64,000 nt of DNA from Candidatus Uhrbacteria bacterium (GCA_037131775.1 JBAXQK010000001.1:12708-76707), one strand, 5' to 3'; counted from the stretch's first letter, positions 38,146 to 48,129 are shown. The notes: generated by a model from the letters alone, not told the origin. Program-made: numbers and translations.

Positions 38146-38174
38146 AAACGCTCTCGCCTCGGCGAGGGCGTTTT
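38146..38174 (+). terminator. Intrinsic terminator
   Basis: AAACGCTCTCGCC-tc-GGCGAGGGCGTTTT. Confidence 0.75.
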
Positions 38175-38198
38175 GCTTTTGTGCTATACTGTCGGCGT

Positions 38199-38582
38199 AT
38201 GAATGACGATGCCTGGAAGGAAACGCTGACTCCCGAGCAGTACGCCGTCTTGCGGCAATGCGGCACGGAACCCCCGTTTGAGAACGCGTATTGGAACCAT
38301 CACGAGGACGGGACATACCGATGCGCGGCGTGCGACGCGACCCTTTTTTCCTCCGAGACCAAATTTGACTCCGGCACCGGCTGGCCAAGCTTTTCGGACG
38401 TGTCGACAAGCGAGGCGATAGACCTCATCGAGGACCGATCGCATGGGATGTCTCGGACGGAGGTGAAGTGTCGGAAGTGCGGAGGACACCTTGGGCATTT
38501 GTTTAACGATGGGCCGACGCTGACCGGGAAACGATTCTGCATCAACTCGGCGGCGCTCAATTTTGCAAAGAAATCCGTATGA
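38199..38582 (+). CDS. msrB: Peptide-methionine (R)-S-oxide reductase
   Basis: GTEPPF, KFDSGTGWPSF, HLGHLFNDGP, RFCINS. Confidence 0.96.
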   Translation: MNDDAWKETLTPEQYAVLRQCGTEPPFENAYWNHHEDGTYRCAACDATLFSSETKFDSGTGWPSFSDVSTSEAIDLIEDRSHGMSRTEVKCRKCGGHLGHLFNDGPTLTGKRFCINSAALNFAKKSV

Positions 38583-39823
38583 CAAAGCTTCGTCGCGATT
38601 CTCTCGCCGTCCTCAAGGCCGGCCTGGCCGCCATCAAGACCCGCGAGGCCGTTCGTCGCCAGTGCGTCCTGAAGGGATCCGTGCTGACGGTCGCCGGCAA
38701 CGCCTTTGATCTGAAGACGTTCAACCGCCTGTACGTCATCGGCTTCGGGAAGGCCTCCCTGCAGACGGCTGAGGAACTTGAGAAGATTCTTGGGGATCGA
38801 ATCACGGACGGGATCGTCCTTGACGTTAAGAAGGCGAATCTGAGGCGCGTCAAGAGCATAAAGGGGACGCATCCGTTTCCAAGCGAGGGGAACCGAATTG
38901 CGACTGGAAAGATCATGGAAATCGTACGTCAGGCCGACAGCCGGGACCTGATCATCACGATCGTCTCCGGAGGCGGCTCGGCGCTCCTGTGCATGCCTCA
39001 CAAATTTTCCTGCGACGACCTGACCATTCTGACGCGCGCGCTGATGAGCCAGGGGGCGACGATCGAGGAAACGAACACGGTCCGAAAGCACCTTTCCGAG
39101 ATTCAAGGAGGGCAGTTCGCTCGTCTCGCCTATCCGGCGACGCTGCTCGGGCTGATCTTCTCCGACGTTCCCGGCAACGACATCCATGTGATTTCCTCCG
39201 GGCCGACCGTCATGGACACGACGACCGTGGCCGACGCGCGTCGGATCATGAAGCGCTACGATCTGCTGAAGGTGTGCAAGCTTCCAACCTGCGAGCTGCG
39301 CGAGACGCCGAAGGACCCCGTTTTCTTCCAGAAGGTTACGAACGTCTTCCTGATGAACAACACGTTCGCCATCGCCGCGATGGAGGTCGAGGCAAGGCGT
39401 CGCGGATACGGGACCCGGGTCTACTCGACGGGTCTGACCGGTGAGGCAAGGGAAGTCGGCCGTCTCCTCGCGGGTCTTCCGCGTTCCGGTGAGATGGTAT
39501 TCGCGGCGGGCGAGACGACCGTGACGATCCTCGGCAACGGCAAGGGCGGACGCAACCAGGAGGTCGCGCTCGGCGCCCTCGGGACGGTCGACGACGACGC
39601 GCTCGTCATCTCCTGTGCCTCGGACGGAATCGACAATACGCCAGCCGCCGGCGCGATCGCGGACAAGGAGACGAAGTCGCATGTAAAATCCCTTCGCATG
39701 AACGTCGACGTCGCGCTCGCCAAGAATGCTTCCTACGCTTTCTTCAAAAAATCCGGCGACCACATCGTGACCGGGGTGACCGGCGCGAACGTCTCCGACC
39801 TATTCATTGCCGCGCGCAAATAA
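38579..39823 (+). CDS. Glycerate kinase (DUF4147/MOFRL)
   Basis: GFGKAS, SGGGSAL, RKHLS, SDVPG, GGRNQE, TGANVSD. Confidence 0.9.
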   Translation: MTKLRRDSLAVLKAGLAAIKTREAVRRQCVLKGSVLTVAGNAFDLKTFNRLYVIGFGKASLQTAEELEKILGDRITDGIVLDVKKANLRRVKSIKGTHPFPSEGNRIATGKIMEIVRQADSRDLIITIVSGGGSALLCMPHKFSCDDLTILTRALMSQGATIEETNTVRKHLSEIQGGQFARLAYPATLLGLIFSDVPGNDIHVISSGPTVMDTTTVADARRIMKRYDLLKVCKLPTCELRETPKDPVFFQKVTNVFLMNNTFAIAAMEVEARRRGYGTRVYSTGLTGEAREVGRLLAGLPRSGEMVFAAGETTVTILGNGKGGRNQEVALGALGTVDDDALVISCASDGIDNTPAAGAIADKETKSHVKSLRMNVDVALAKNASYAFFKKSGDHIVTGVTGANVSDLFIAARK

Positions 39824-39824
39824 T

Positions 39825-40754
39825 ATGAGCTATCTTTCCATGCTGCTCGTCATCGCCGGTCTTGCCGTCTTCGAGACCGTCTCAAGCATCGACAATGCCA
39901 TCATCAACGCGGAAGTGCTCCATGGGATGGGCAAGAAAGCCCGCCAATGGTTTCTTGTATGGGGTCTCTTCTTCGCCGTCTTCGTAGTACGCGGACTGCT
40001 CCCGTGGCTGATCGTCTATTTCGTGAACCCGTCGCTTGGACTCATGGGGTCCCTGACCGCCACGTTCTCGAACGACCCGCGCGTCCTTGAGGCCGTCGAG
40101 GCATCCGCTCCGATCCTTCTCGCGGGCGGCGGAGTCTTCCTTGTTTTCCTGTTCTTTCACTGGTTGTTCCTAGAGACAAAGAACTTCGGGATTGTCGGCG
40201 AGAAATTCTTCTACAATCAAGGGGTCTGGTTCTATGCCGTCGTGTCCGTCATTCTCGCGACCGTCGTTTGGTTCGCGCTAAAGATCAATCCGGTGATGGC
40301 ATTCGGCGCGGTGATCGGATCGACGGCGTTCTTCATCACCCACGGCTTCAAGCAGAACGCGGAGCTCGCGGAAAAGCAGATGATGGGCGGAAACTCGGGA
40401 ATGAGCGACATCGCGAAGATTATGTACCTTGAGATCATCGACATGACCTTTTCCATCGACGGAGTTCTGGGGGCGTTCGCGTTTACGCTTTCCGTTCCGC
40501 TCATCCTCATCGGGAACGGGTTTGGCGCCGTCATCGTGCGACAGCTGACAATCGGCAATATCGACCGCATCAAGAAGCTTGTCTACCTGAAGAATGGCGC
40601 GATGTACTCGATCCTTTTCCTTGGCGCGATCATGCTCGCCGATGCCTTCGGAATTCACGTGCCGCAGTGGCTCTCGCCGCTCATGACGTTCTCGGTCGTC
40701 GGATTCTTTTGGTGGAAGTCGGTGAATCATGCTAAAATGAACGCGACCCGTTAA
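39825..40754 (+). CDS. DUF475 (TerC-related) membrane protein
   Basis: SIDNAIINA, YLEIIDMTFSIDGVLGAFA. Confidence 0.88.
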   Translation: MSYLSMLLVIAGLAVFETVSSIDNAIINAEVLHGMGKKARQWFLVWGLFFAVFVVRGLLPWLIVYFVNPSLGLMGSLTATFSNDPRVLEAVEASAPILLAGGGVFLVFLFFHWLFLETKNFGIVGEKFFYNQGVWFYAVVSVILATVVWFALKINPVMAFGAVIGSTAFFITHGFKQNAELAEKQMMGGNSGMSDIAKIMYLEIIDMTFSIDGVLGAFAFTLSVPLILIGNGFGAVIVRQLTIGNIDRIKKLVYLKNGAMYSILFLGAIMLADAFGIHVPQWLSPLMTFSVVGFFWWKSVNHAKMNATR

Positions 40755-40773
40755 AAAATGAGACTCGATCCTT

Positions 40774-41562
40774 ATGGCCACGCAACAACCGTCCCTTTTT
40801 CCAACCTGGCAGGAGAATAAGCCGCTTGCGCTCGCACTGTTGCTTACGTTCGCCTTTCTCATCGCCTTTCTCATGGCAAAGACGACCCAGACGCTCGCGC
40901 AGACGCGTCGCATCTCAAAGCCTCTCCCCGTCGAGCACCAGATTACGATCGAGGGAGCCGGCAAGGTTACCGGCGTTCCCGACATCGCGTCGATCAGCAT
41001 GGGAATCGAGTCAAAGGGCGACGCCGTCGCCGTCGCGCAGCAGGCCAATACCGACGGGGTGAACGCGCTGATCAATCGGATCGTCGCGCTTGGCATTGCG
41101 AAGGACGACCTGCAGACGGCGAATTACAGCGTCTACCAGAACACCACGTACGATCCGGACACGGGTATTTCCACGCCGGCCGGATGGACGGTCAGCCAGC
41201 AGCTCACCGTGAAGGTGCGCGACACGGCCAAAATTTCCACGGTGCTCGACACGGCGGGGAAGAACGGCGCTACGAACATTAGCGGCCCGAACTTCACGAT
41301 CGATGACCCGAGCGCGCTCAAGGCCCAGGCGCGCGAAAAGGCGCTCGCCGATGCAACCGAGAAGGCCGCGGCGCTCTCGAAGACGCTCGGGCTGCGGCTC
41401 GAGGAGGTGATTGGTTACAGCGAATACGTCGACAACGGCCCGGTCCCGTACTTCGGCGGCGTAATGATGGACAAGTCGATGACAAACGCCGCGCCGGAGA
41501 TCCTTGCGGGGACGAACGACGTGACGCTGAACGTGTCCGTGACGTACAGGCTCGCGGAGTAA
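40774..41562 (+). CDS. SIMPL/DUF541 domain protein
   Basis: GAGKVTGVPDIA, GATNISGPNF, ALADATEKA. Confidence 0.88.
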   Translation: MATQQPSLFPTWQENKPLALALLLTFAFLIAFLMAKTTQTLAQTRRISKPLPVEHQITIEGAGKVTGVPDIASISMGIESKGDAVAVAQQANTDGVNALINRIVALGIAKDDLQTANYSVYQNTTYDPDTGISTPAGWTVSQQLTVKVRDTAKISTVLDTAGKNGATNISGPNFTIDDPSALKAQAREKALADATEKAAALSKTLGLRLEEVIGYSEYVDNGPVPYFGGVMMDKSMTNAAPEILAGTNDVTLNVSVTYRLAE

Positions 41563-41607
41563 CGAAAGGGCTCATGGGGCGCATTTGGCGCAGAAGGTTC
41601 ATCGGGT

Positions 41608-41634
41608 AAAAAAAACCCGTCCTGGGTGGACGGG
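41608..41634 (-). terminator. Intrinsic terminator
   Basis: Minus strand CCCGTCC-accca-GGACGGG-T8. Confidence 0.75.
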
Positions 41635-41644
41635 AAGAGACTCA

Positions 41645-43420
41645 CTACAGCGTCGCTTCGACGCTGTTTTGAATGGAGACGAGCTCGTTGTACAGGCCGT
41701 TCTTGCGACGAAGCTGCTCGTCGGTTCCAACCTCCTTTACGCGGCCTTCCTCCAGCACGACGATGATGTCCGCGGACTGGATCGTCGAAAGCCTGTGGGC
41801 GATGACAATGAACGTGCGGCCGGCCTTGTGCTTGGCCATGAACCCCTGGATCTTGGCCTCGGCGATGGAATCGACGCTCGAGGTCGCCTCGTCGAGGATG
41901 ACGATGGGCGGGTCGAGAAGCCATGCCCGCGCAATCCCCAGCCGTTGGCGCTGTCCGCCCGAGAGTCGAAACCCGCGGTCGCCAACCTTCGTGTCGTATC
42001 CGTTCTCGAGCTCGCCGATGAACCCGTGCGCGTCGGCGATGTGCGCGGCAAGCTCGATCTCCTCGCGCGTGGCGTCCGGGCGTCCGTACGCGATGTTCTC
42101 GGCCACGGTCATGTCGTAGATCTGCACGTCCTGGAGCACATACCCGATCTGCCGGCGGAACTGGCGCTTGCCATATGCCCGCAGGTCGACTCCGTCCAGC
42201 AGGATCTGTCCTGCCGTCGGGTCGTCGCACCGCATGATCAGCTTTGCGAGCGTGCTTTTGCCGCTGCCGGACTTTCCGACGATCGCGACCATCCTGCCTG
42301 CGGGAAACGTGAGGGTAATTCCCGTGAGCGCAAGCTTCGACGCATGGTATTCCTTGCCTTCACGGCGGCTGCGGTAGGCATAGTCGACGCCGCGGAACTC
42401 GATTCCTCCGACGAGGCGGTTCGGAACCGCGACGGGTTCGGTCGGATCGGGAACCGTGTCAACCTCGGCAAGGATCACGTTGATCTCGCGCACCGCGTCG
42501 ATTGCCTCCATGGCGGTCTCGAAGATGGCGCCGATCCGGTAGCAGCCGATGAACACCTTCTCCGCGAGCGTAATGACGAACACGAGCATTCCCACGGAAA
42601 GGGAGCCGTCGAGGACGGACGTCGCGCACACGTAGATGACGCCGACACGCCCGGCACTCACGAGCGTATTGCGCGTGAAGTCTGAAATGTCGTACGCGTG
42701 AAACTCGGGCTTCATGAGCCGGACAATCTCGTCGCGGATCATCTTCACGCGGGCCATCTCCCAGATCTCCTGCGCGAACGCTTGGGTTGTCATCACGTTC
42801 GTGATCGCCTGGCCGAGCACCTCGTCGGCGTCGGCGAACTTGCGGTGGCGCGCCATGCGGTAGGCGGCCCATTTCGTCTTGACGGCCGAGGTGATCGCGA
42901 CGAACGTCACGAATACCGCCGCGAAGATGAGTGCCGACTCGGGGCTGTAGTAGGCGAGAAGCGCGCCGGTCGCGAGCGTCTGGATGAGCAGCGGAAAGAT
43001 GTCAAACAGGAAGGTGCCCATGATCTGGCCGCACTTGTATACGCCGCGCACGATCTTGCCGATGAGCAGACCCGTATTTTCCGTCTGGTGGAACACGTAC
43101 GGGAGCTCCAGCAGCTTTGTTCCCGCGATGAGCGGTAGGTCGTGCTCGATGGTGGTCCACGCGTCGCGGATCGTCACGGTCTTTCGCATGTTCACGATTC
43201 CGATGACCGTGAGGATACCGAGCATGAACAGGCAGAGCGGCCCGATTTCCGTGACGGCCTTCTGTCCGGATCCCATGATCAGGTTCACGACCCGCATCAC
43301 CATGTACGGCTCGAAGAGCGCGAGGACCTGCACGACGCTTACCCAGACCGCCGCGCGCTTGATTTTCGACGCGAACGGACGTACCAGCTTCGCGTAATCC
43401 TTGACGAATGAAAGGAACAA
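41645..43420 (-). CDS. ABC exporter (MsbA-like TMD-NBD)
   Basis: GKSGSGKST, LSGGQRQR, ILDEATS, IAHRL; TTG start 5 nt after GGAGG. Confidence 0.9.
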   Translation of the reverse strand: MFLSFVKDYAKLVRPFASKIKRAAVWVSVVQVLALFEPYMVMRVVNLIMGSGQKAVTEIGPLCLFMLGILTVIGIVNMRKTVTIRDAWTTIEHDLPLIAGTKLLELPYVFHQTENTGLLIGKIVRGVYKCGQIMGTFLFDIFPLLIQTLATGALLAYYSPESALIFAAVFVTFVAITSAVKTKWAAYRMARHRKFADADEVLGQAITNVMTTQAFAQEIWEMARVKMIRDEIVRLMKPEFHAYDISDFTRNTLVSAGRVGVIYVCATSVLDGSLSVGMLVFVITLAEKVFIGCYRIGAIFETAMEAIDAVREINVILAEVDTVPDPTEPVAVPNRLVGGIEFRGVDYAYRSRREGKEYHASKLALTGITLTFPAGRMVAIVGKSGSGKSTLAKLIMRCDDPTAGQILLDGVDLRAYGKRQFRRQIGYVLQDVQIYDMTVAENIAYGRPDATREEIELAAHIADAHGFIGELENGYDTKVGDRGFRLSGGQRQRLGIARAWLLDPPIVILDEATSSVDSIAEAKIQGFMAKHKAGRTFIVIAHRLSTIQSADIIVVLEEGRVKEVGTDEQLRRKNGLYNELVSIQNSVEATL

Positions 43421-43486
43421 GACTGCCTCCAGGAAACGGTGGAAACCCAACCGGGATGGTCGGGCCTGCGCTGACCTCGACCGCCG

Positions 43487-43600
43487 TTATCGGGCGGTCG
43501 AACGCAGAGAAAACCCGGCCATGAAATCACAACCATCGCAAACGCCAGCCATTGCGGCGGGAGTCCGCGGAATCTCGTAATTGTATGCGAGGTTGGACAT
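43487..43600 (-). CDS. Putative 37-aa upstream ORF/leader peptide
   Basis: CCTATG start; MSNLAYNYEIPRTPAAMAGVCDGCDFMAGFSLRSTAR; stop lies in a hairpin loop. Confidence 0.4.
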   Translation of the reverse strand: MSNLAYNYEIPRTPAAMAGVCDGCDFMAGFSLRSTAR

Positions 43601-43723
43601 AGGGGTTTTGTTAAGAGTTTTACCATACGGGAAAAAAGAGCCCGCGTCAAGGGATGAGGGGGATTGACAAGAGAAAATTGGCTATGTGTATTGGAAAATG
43701 AGACGCCGCCATTCCAGCGTTTG

Positions 43724-43788
43724 TAAGTGTTGACAATACACAAACTAAGGATTACGATGGGGATAAGTTAACGTCATTAATACAATAA
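43724..43788 (+). promoter_or_regulatory. pnuC promoter with two NrtR-type boxes
   Basis: TTGACA(43730)-17-TACGAT; 21-mers TAAGT-GT-N7-AC-ACAAA (43724) and TTAAC-GT-N7-AC-AATAA (43768). Confidence 0.7.
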
Positions 43789-43790
43789 CT

Positions 43791-44423
43791 ATGAAACGCC
43801 CTCTCGCAGTCCTGTCCGTCGCCTCCGCCGTCCTTCTGCTCGGATCCGCCACCGGCGCGCTCCCGATCGACCTCGTGGAGGCGCTCGGATTCGTCACCGG
43901 AGGTCTCACCGTTTGGCTGACCGTGAAGGAAAACGTCTGGTGCTGGCCGATCGGCATCGCTAACAATGTCTTTTTCGTCGTCTTGTTCTGGAACGCGCAT
44001 CTGTTCGCGGACATGGGACTGCAGGTGGTGTACATTGTCCTGTCCGTTCTCGGCTGGTACTGGTGGGTTCGGGGCGGGACGCATCACGACGCGTTGCGGG
44101 TTTCGCGAACGCCGGCTCGCGAATGGCTGGCGTTGGTCCCGCTTGCGATCGTCGCGACGGCCCTCATGCAGCGGTATCTCGCGTCCGTCGGGGACGCGGC
44201 CCCGTTTCTCGACGCGTCTACGACCGTTGCCAGCCTTGTCGCTCAGTATCTCCTGACGCGAAAGTATCTGGAGAACTGGTACGTCTGGATGGCCGCGGAC
44301 GTCGTGTACGTGGGCCTCTATGCTCTGAAGGGCCTTCCGCTCACGGCCGTCCTGTACGCCGTCTTCTTCTGCCTGTGCATTTCCGGCCTTCGCGCCTGGA
44401 AGCGCACGGCCATCTCACCCTAG
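43791..44423 (+). CDS. pnuC: Nicotinamide riboside transporter
   Basis: WCWPIGIAN, LQVVY, GWYWW, DASTT, AQYLLTRKYLENW. Confidence 0.92.
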   Translation: MKRPLAVLSVASAVLLLGSATGALPIDLVEALGFVTGGLTVWLTVKENVWCWPIGIANNVFFVVLFWNAHLFADMGLQVVYIVLSVLGWYWWVRGGTHHDALRVSRTPAREWLALVPLAIVATALMQRYLASVGDAAPFLDASTTVASLVAQYLLTRKYLENWYVWMAADVVYVGLYALKGLPLTAVLYAVFFCLCISGLRAWKRTAISP

Positions 44424-44441
44424 CGTCCATGGGAGGACATC

Positions 44442-45410
44442 ATGTTTGCAAACGGCCTCGTGATTGGAAAGTTCTATCCGCCGCACCGCGGCCATAAGTA
44501 TCTCATCGACACCGCTATGAAAAACGCGTCCCAGGTCATCGTGCTCGTCTGCGACAACCCGGCCCAGGCCATTCCCGCGGCCCTGCGCGCGGAGTGGATT
44601 CGCAAGATTCATCCGGGCGCGGACGTTCGTGTCATTCCGGACACCGTCGCGGATGACGATTCCGAGGGGTGGGCGAACTACGTCCGCGCGACGATCGGGT
44701 TCGCGCCGGACGCGGTGTTCACCTCCGAGGATTACGGCGACCCGTTCGCGCATTTCCTTGGGTGCGCGCATGTCTGCGTGGACAAGAAGCGCACGGCCGT
44801 TCCGATCTCCGGAACCGCCGTGCGCCAGGACCCGCTGGCGAACCTGGACTACCTCGAGCCCTGCGTGCGCGACTACTTCCTTCCGCGCGTCTGCGTCCTC
44901 GGCGCCGAGTCGACGGGAACGACGACGTTGTCCCGCGCCCTCGCGGAGCACTATCGCACCGCGTGGGTACCGGAATACGGGCGGACGTACTGCGAGGGCA
45001 AGTTCTCGTCCTCGAAGTCCTCGGACTGGAACACGGGCGAGTTCGTTCACATCGCGCGCACTCAATGCGCGATGGAGGACGCCCTGGCCGCCACCGCGGA
45101 CCGCCTGCTCGTGTGCGATACGAACGCGTTCGCGACCGGGCTCTGGCACGAGCGCTACCTGGAAACGCGTTCCTCCGAGGTGGAGGCCGTCCACTCGGGA
45201 CGCCGCTATGCGCTGTATATTCTCACGGGCGACGAGATTCCGTTCGTCCAGGACGGGCTCCGCGACGGCGAGCACATTCGCCACGCGATGCAACGGCGCT
45301 TCGTCGAGCGGCTCGACGAGGAGGGATTTCCATACGTCGTCGTGACGGGGTCTCCGGAGGAGCGCCTCGCGACGGCGATCGCGGAGATCGAACGGAGAAT
45401 CCTGTCCTGA
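44442..45410 (+). CDS. nadR: Bifunctional NMN adenylyltransferase/ribosylnicotinamide kinase (NadR without HTH)
   Basis: GKFYPPHRGH, FTSEDYG, ISGTAVR, GAESTGTT, EYGR, FVQDGLR. Confidence 0.92.
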   Translation: MFANGLVIGKFYPPHRGHKYLIDTAMKNASQVIVLVCDNPAQAIPAALRAEWIRKIHPGADVRVIPDTVADDDSEGWANYVRATIGFAPDAVFTSEDYGDPFAHFLGCAHVCVDKKRTAVPISGTAVRQDPLANLDYLEPCVRDYFLPRVCVLGAESTGTTTLSRALAEHYRTAWVPEYGRTYCEGKFSSSKSSDWNTGEFVHIARTQCAMEDALAATADRLLVCDTNAFATGLWHERYLETRSSEVEAVHSGRRYALYILTGDEIPFVQDGLRDGEHIRHAMQRRFVERLDEEGFPYVVVTGSPEERLATAIAEIERRILS

Positions 45411-45453
45411 TACTGCGGGGCCGAACGTCGGCCCCGCGATTTTTATAAAAAAA

Positions 45454-46063
45454 TCAGATCGAAGGCTCGATCTGACGAAAGGGTCCATGCCTCGCGATGT
45501 ACGCGGCAACCTGCGGCTGGAGCTGGCGTTCGGCCTCCTCGACGTTGCCGTCGGCGTATGCCTCCCGTACCGAGGTGGAGGAGGCGTCGAGCGGACAGAC
45601 GAGCACGGGGCCGTCATGACGGGGAGGAAGGTCTTCCGGACGGCACTCGTCCTGTCGGGTGACGACGCGAAACCGTGCCACGTTCCAAAGCCGCTTTCCG
45701 TCCTTCCACTTGCCTTGGATGTCCGAGCTCCCGCAGTCACCGTTCAGGACATAGCCGGATCCGACCACGATTATCGGGGAGATTCCGGAGGCGAGCAGCT
45801 GTTCGTGCAGTTCGGCCGGCGGCGTGAACGAGCGGTTCAGATCGGAGAAGTCAAACGCGATGCGAGCGTCATCGATCCCCTCGAAGGCCAGGCGCACGAT
45901 CTCCTCGCGCTGCCAAGCGTGCATCGATCCAAACTCATCCGGCGCATACCATCCGCGTGGACGGATCAATACGTTGGCGTATTTGCGCCGCGAGCTCCCT
46001 CGCGATCCATGCGTGCGCGAGCGTTGGCGGGAAGAAGCTGCGGGAAAGTACGGCGAGTTCCAT
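45454..46063 (-). pseudogene. Degenerate NadD-like nucleotidyltransferase with one extra base near 45988
   Basis: MELAVLSRSFFPPTLAH N-terminus in one frame; VVGS, W, SSTSVR, VAAYI in the other. Confidence 0.6.
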
Positions 46064-46094
46064 GGTGTCTCCGAGGTCTTTGGAAAGTTTTCTC

Positions 46095-47156
46095 CTAAAC
46101 GGCACTCTTGTCAATGGCCGCGGTCAGCACGATGAGCTGTCCGCACGCGGCGGCGATGTCATCGCCCATCGTCTTGCGCTTCATTGCCGTGATCCCTGCC
46201 TGGCCAAGGATGGCGAGGAAGCGGGAGATCTGGTTCTCCTCGCTGCATTCGAACTCGCAGTCGGTAAGGTTGTAGGGGATCAGGTTGCAGCGGACGTTCC
46301 CGATCGAGCGGACGAACGAGGCCAGGGCGTGCGCCTGCTCGTTCGTGTCGTTCACGCCCTTGAGCATCACGTACTCGAAGGTGAGGTGATGGCGTCGGTT
46401 GCCGAGGACGTCAAGATATCGGCGCGCCCAGTCCGCAAGCTTCGGGAGGAAATCGTCGTACGAGGTCGGCACGATCTGCTTGCGCGTGGCTGCCACGGCG
46501 CTGTGCAGCGAGACGGCGAGGCGCACGTGCGGCCAGTCCTTGTCGGTAAGAATTTGCTCGAGACGCGGAAGGACTCCGACGGTCGAGACGGTGATGCGCG
46601 TCTTGCCGAGGTCGGTGTGGGCAAGGAGAACGTTCAGCGTCTCCTTCACGTTCTCGTAGTTTGCCAGCGGCTCGCCCATGCCCATGAAGACGACGTTGGA
46701 GATACGGGAAGGGTTGGAGGGAAGCGATGGCCGCTGGTTCGTCAGGTATGTCTGCCAGAAGCGATACTGGTCGACGATCTCGTCGGAAGTGAGCGAGCGT
46801 TTCAGGCCCATTTTTCCGGTCGCGCAAAAACCGCAGCGCATGGCGCATCCGACCTGCGAGGAGACGCAGATGGTCCAGTCGCCGCGCACGTTCTCCATCA
46901 GCACGGACTCGATCACCTGGCCGTCTGCAAGATTGAGCAGCGCCTTGTGCGTGTCCCGTTTCTTTCCGACCATGACGGTATTCGTCGAGACGGACATCCA
47001 CGGGAGGTCGACGAGCTTGGCGCGCATCTCCTTGGACAGGGAGGTCACGCCGTCCCAGCCGGCGATCGAGGAAACGAAAAACGCCTGCTCAATCTGTTTC
47101 CAGCGAAAGGCAGGCGTATTCGGGAACAGGAGGTTGAACTGTTCCTTTCGGTTCAT
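46095..47156 (-). CDS. rlmN: 23S rRNA (A2503 C2)/tRNA methyltransferase, radical SAM
   Basis: CVSSQVGCAMRCGFCATG, MGMGEP, SLH, AACGQL. Confidence 0.95.
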   Translation of the reverse strand: MNRKEQFNLLFPNTPAFRWKQIEQAFFVSSIAGWDGVTSLSKEMRAKLVDLPWMSVSTNTVMVGKKRDTHKALLNLADGQVIESVLMENVRGDWTICVSSQVGCAMRCGFCATGKMGLKRSLTSDEIVDQYRFWQTYLTNQRPSLPSNPSRISNVVFMGMGEPLANYENVKETLNVLLAHTDLGKTRITVSTVGVLPRLEQILTDKDWPHVRLAVSLHSAVAATRKQIVPTSYDDFLPKLADWARRYLDVLGNRRHHLTFEYVMLKGVNDTNEQAHALASFVRSIGNVRCNLIPYNLTDCEFECSEENQISRFLAILGQAGITAMKRKTMGDDIAAACGQLIVLTAAIDKSAV

Positions 47157-47157
47157 G

Positions 47158-47283
47158 CTAGACGGCCGCGGCAGCCTTGGCGGCGGCCTTGACGAAGCGG
47201 ATCGCCTTGGCGCGGCGCTGGTCGGCGAGATTGACCTTGCGCTCGGCTTTCCACATGTTTCGAATTTTTTTGCGCATTCCCAT
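47158..47283 (-). CDS. Small basic protein, 41 aa, directly upstream of rlmN
   Basis: MGMRKKIRNMWKAERKVNLADQRRAKAIRFVKAAAKAAAAV; TAG-C-ATG junction with rlmN. Confidence 0.55.
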   Translation of the reverse strand: MGMRKKIRNMWKAERKVNLADQRRAKAIRFVKAAAKAAAAV

Positions 47284-47392
47284 ATATAGGTAGAAAACTC
47301 GAAGCTCGCAGGACGAAGTTCGAAGAGTTACGGATTTGCCAGAATAATAGCGGAATGGTTGGGATTGGTCAAGTATGATAGAATAATACCGT

Positions 47393-47809
47393 ATGATTCC
47401 GCTCGATCCTGCAACAATCCTCCTTGGAATCGCCATGATTCTGCTCACGGCGTCCGCCACGGTCGCCCTGCTTGTCCACAAGCACCCGCCCGCCGTTCGC
47501 GTGCTGATCGGGACGTTGGCCGTGTCGTTTCTGTCACTCGCCGGGGTCGTCCTGGTCGATCTGTTCGGGGCGGGGGCAACGCCCGTCGTCACGGATCAGA
47601 CCCAACTCCTGTCGCTCGTGGCCGCGTCCCACCGGCGTCTGCTCGCGATCCTCCCGCTTATTCTGACGGGATCGTCCCTCGTCATCCTGAACGTTTACCA
47701 AGAGCGCATCGCCGAGAAGCACGCGAGCGACTATCGCAACGCCGTCGCGCTCTCGACCGCAGCCTCCCTGATCGCGACGATCGTCATCGCGATCGAATCA
47801 ATGATCTAA
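47393..47809 (+). CDS. Hypothetical membrane protein
   Basis: 4 TM segments; TAGAAT -10 box 8 nt before the ATG. Confidence 0.7.
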   Translation: MIPLDPATILLGIAMILLTASATVALLVHKHPPAVRVLIGTLAVSFLSLAGVVLVDLFGAGATPVVTDQTQLLSLVAASHRRLLAILPLILTGSSLVILNVYQERIAEKHASDYRNAVALSTAASLIATIVIAIESMI

Positions 47810-47813
47810 TCCT

Positions 47814-48122
47814 ATGCTCTCCTGGTTCAAATCCCGCGTCCACGAGTCCTTGGCCGCCGCCGCCCTCTTTGCCGCCGGAGTCGCGCTCCAGGCCGCATGG
47901 ATTACGAACCTTGTCTGGTTCAGAACGTCGCGAACGGACGCGCTCGGCTCGCTCTACCTGTTCGTCGCCACCGTCTACGCGATCATCTTCGTCCTAACCG
48001 CGGCCTGGTGTCGCGGCAAGGACTGCTCCGATTTTCGTGACCGCGCCTACCATTTCTTTTTCATCTCCATCCTGATCTTCGCGGCGATGACGCTGCCGAT
48101 CGTCTATGGATTTACCGTCTAA
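47814..48122 (+). CDS. Hypothetical membrane protein
   Basis: 3 TM segments, operonic spacing. Confidence 0.7.
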   Translation: MLSWFKSRVHESLAAAALFAAGVALQAAWITNLVWFRTSRTDALGSLYLFVATVYAIIFVLTAAWCRGKDCSDFRDRAYHFFFISILIFAAMTLPIVYGFTV

Positions 48123-48129
48123 CCGCATT

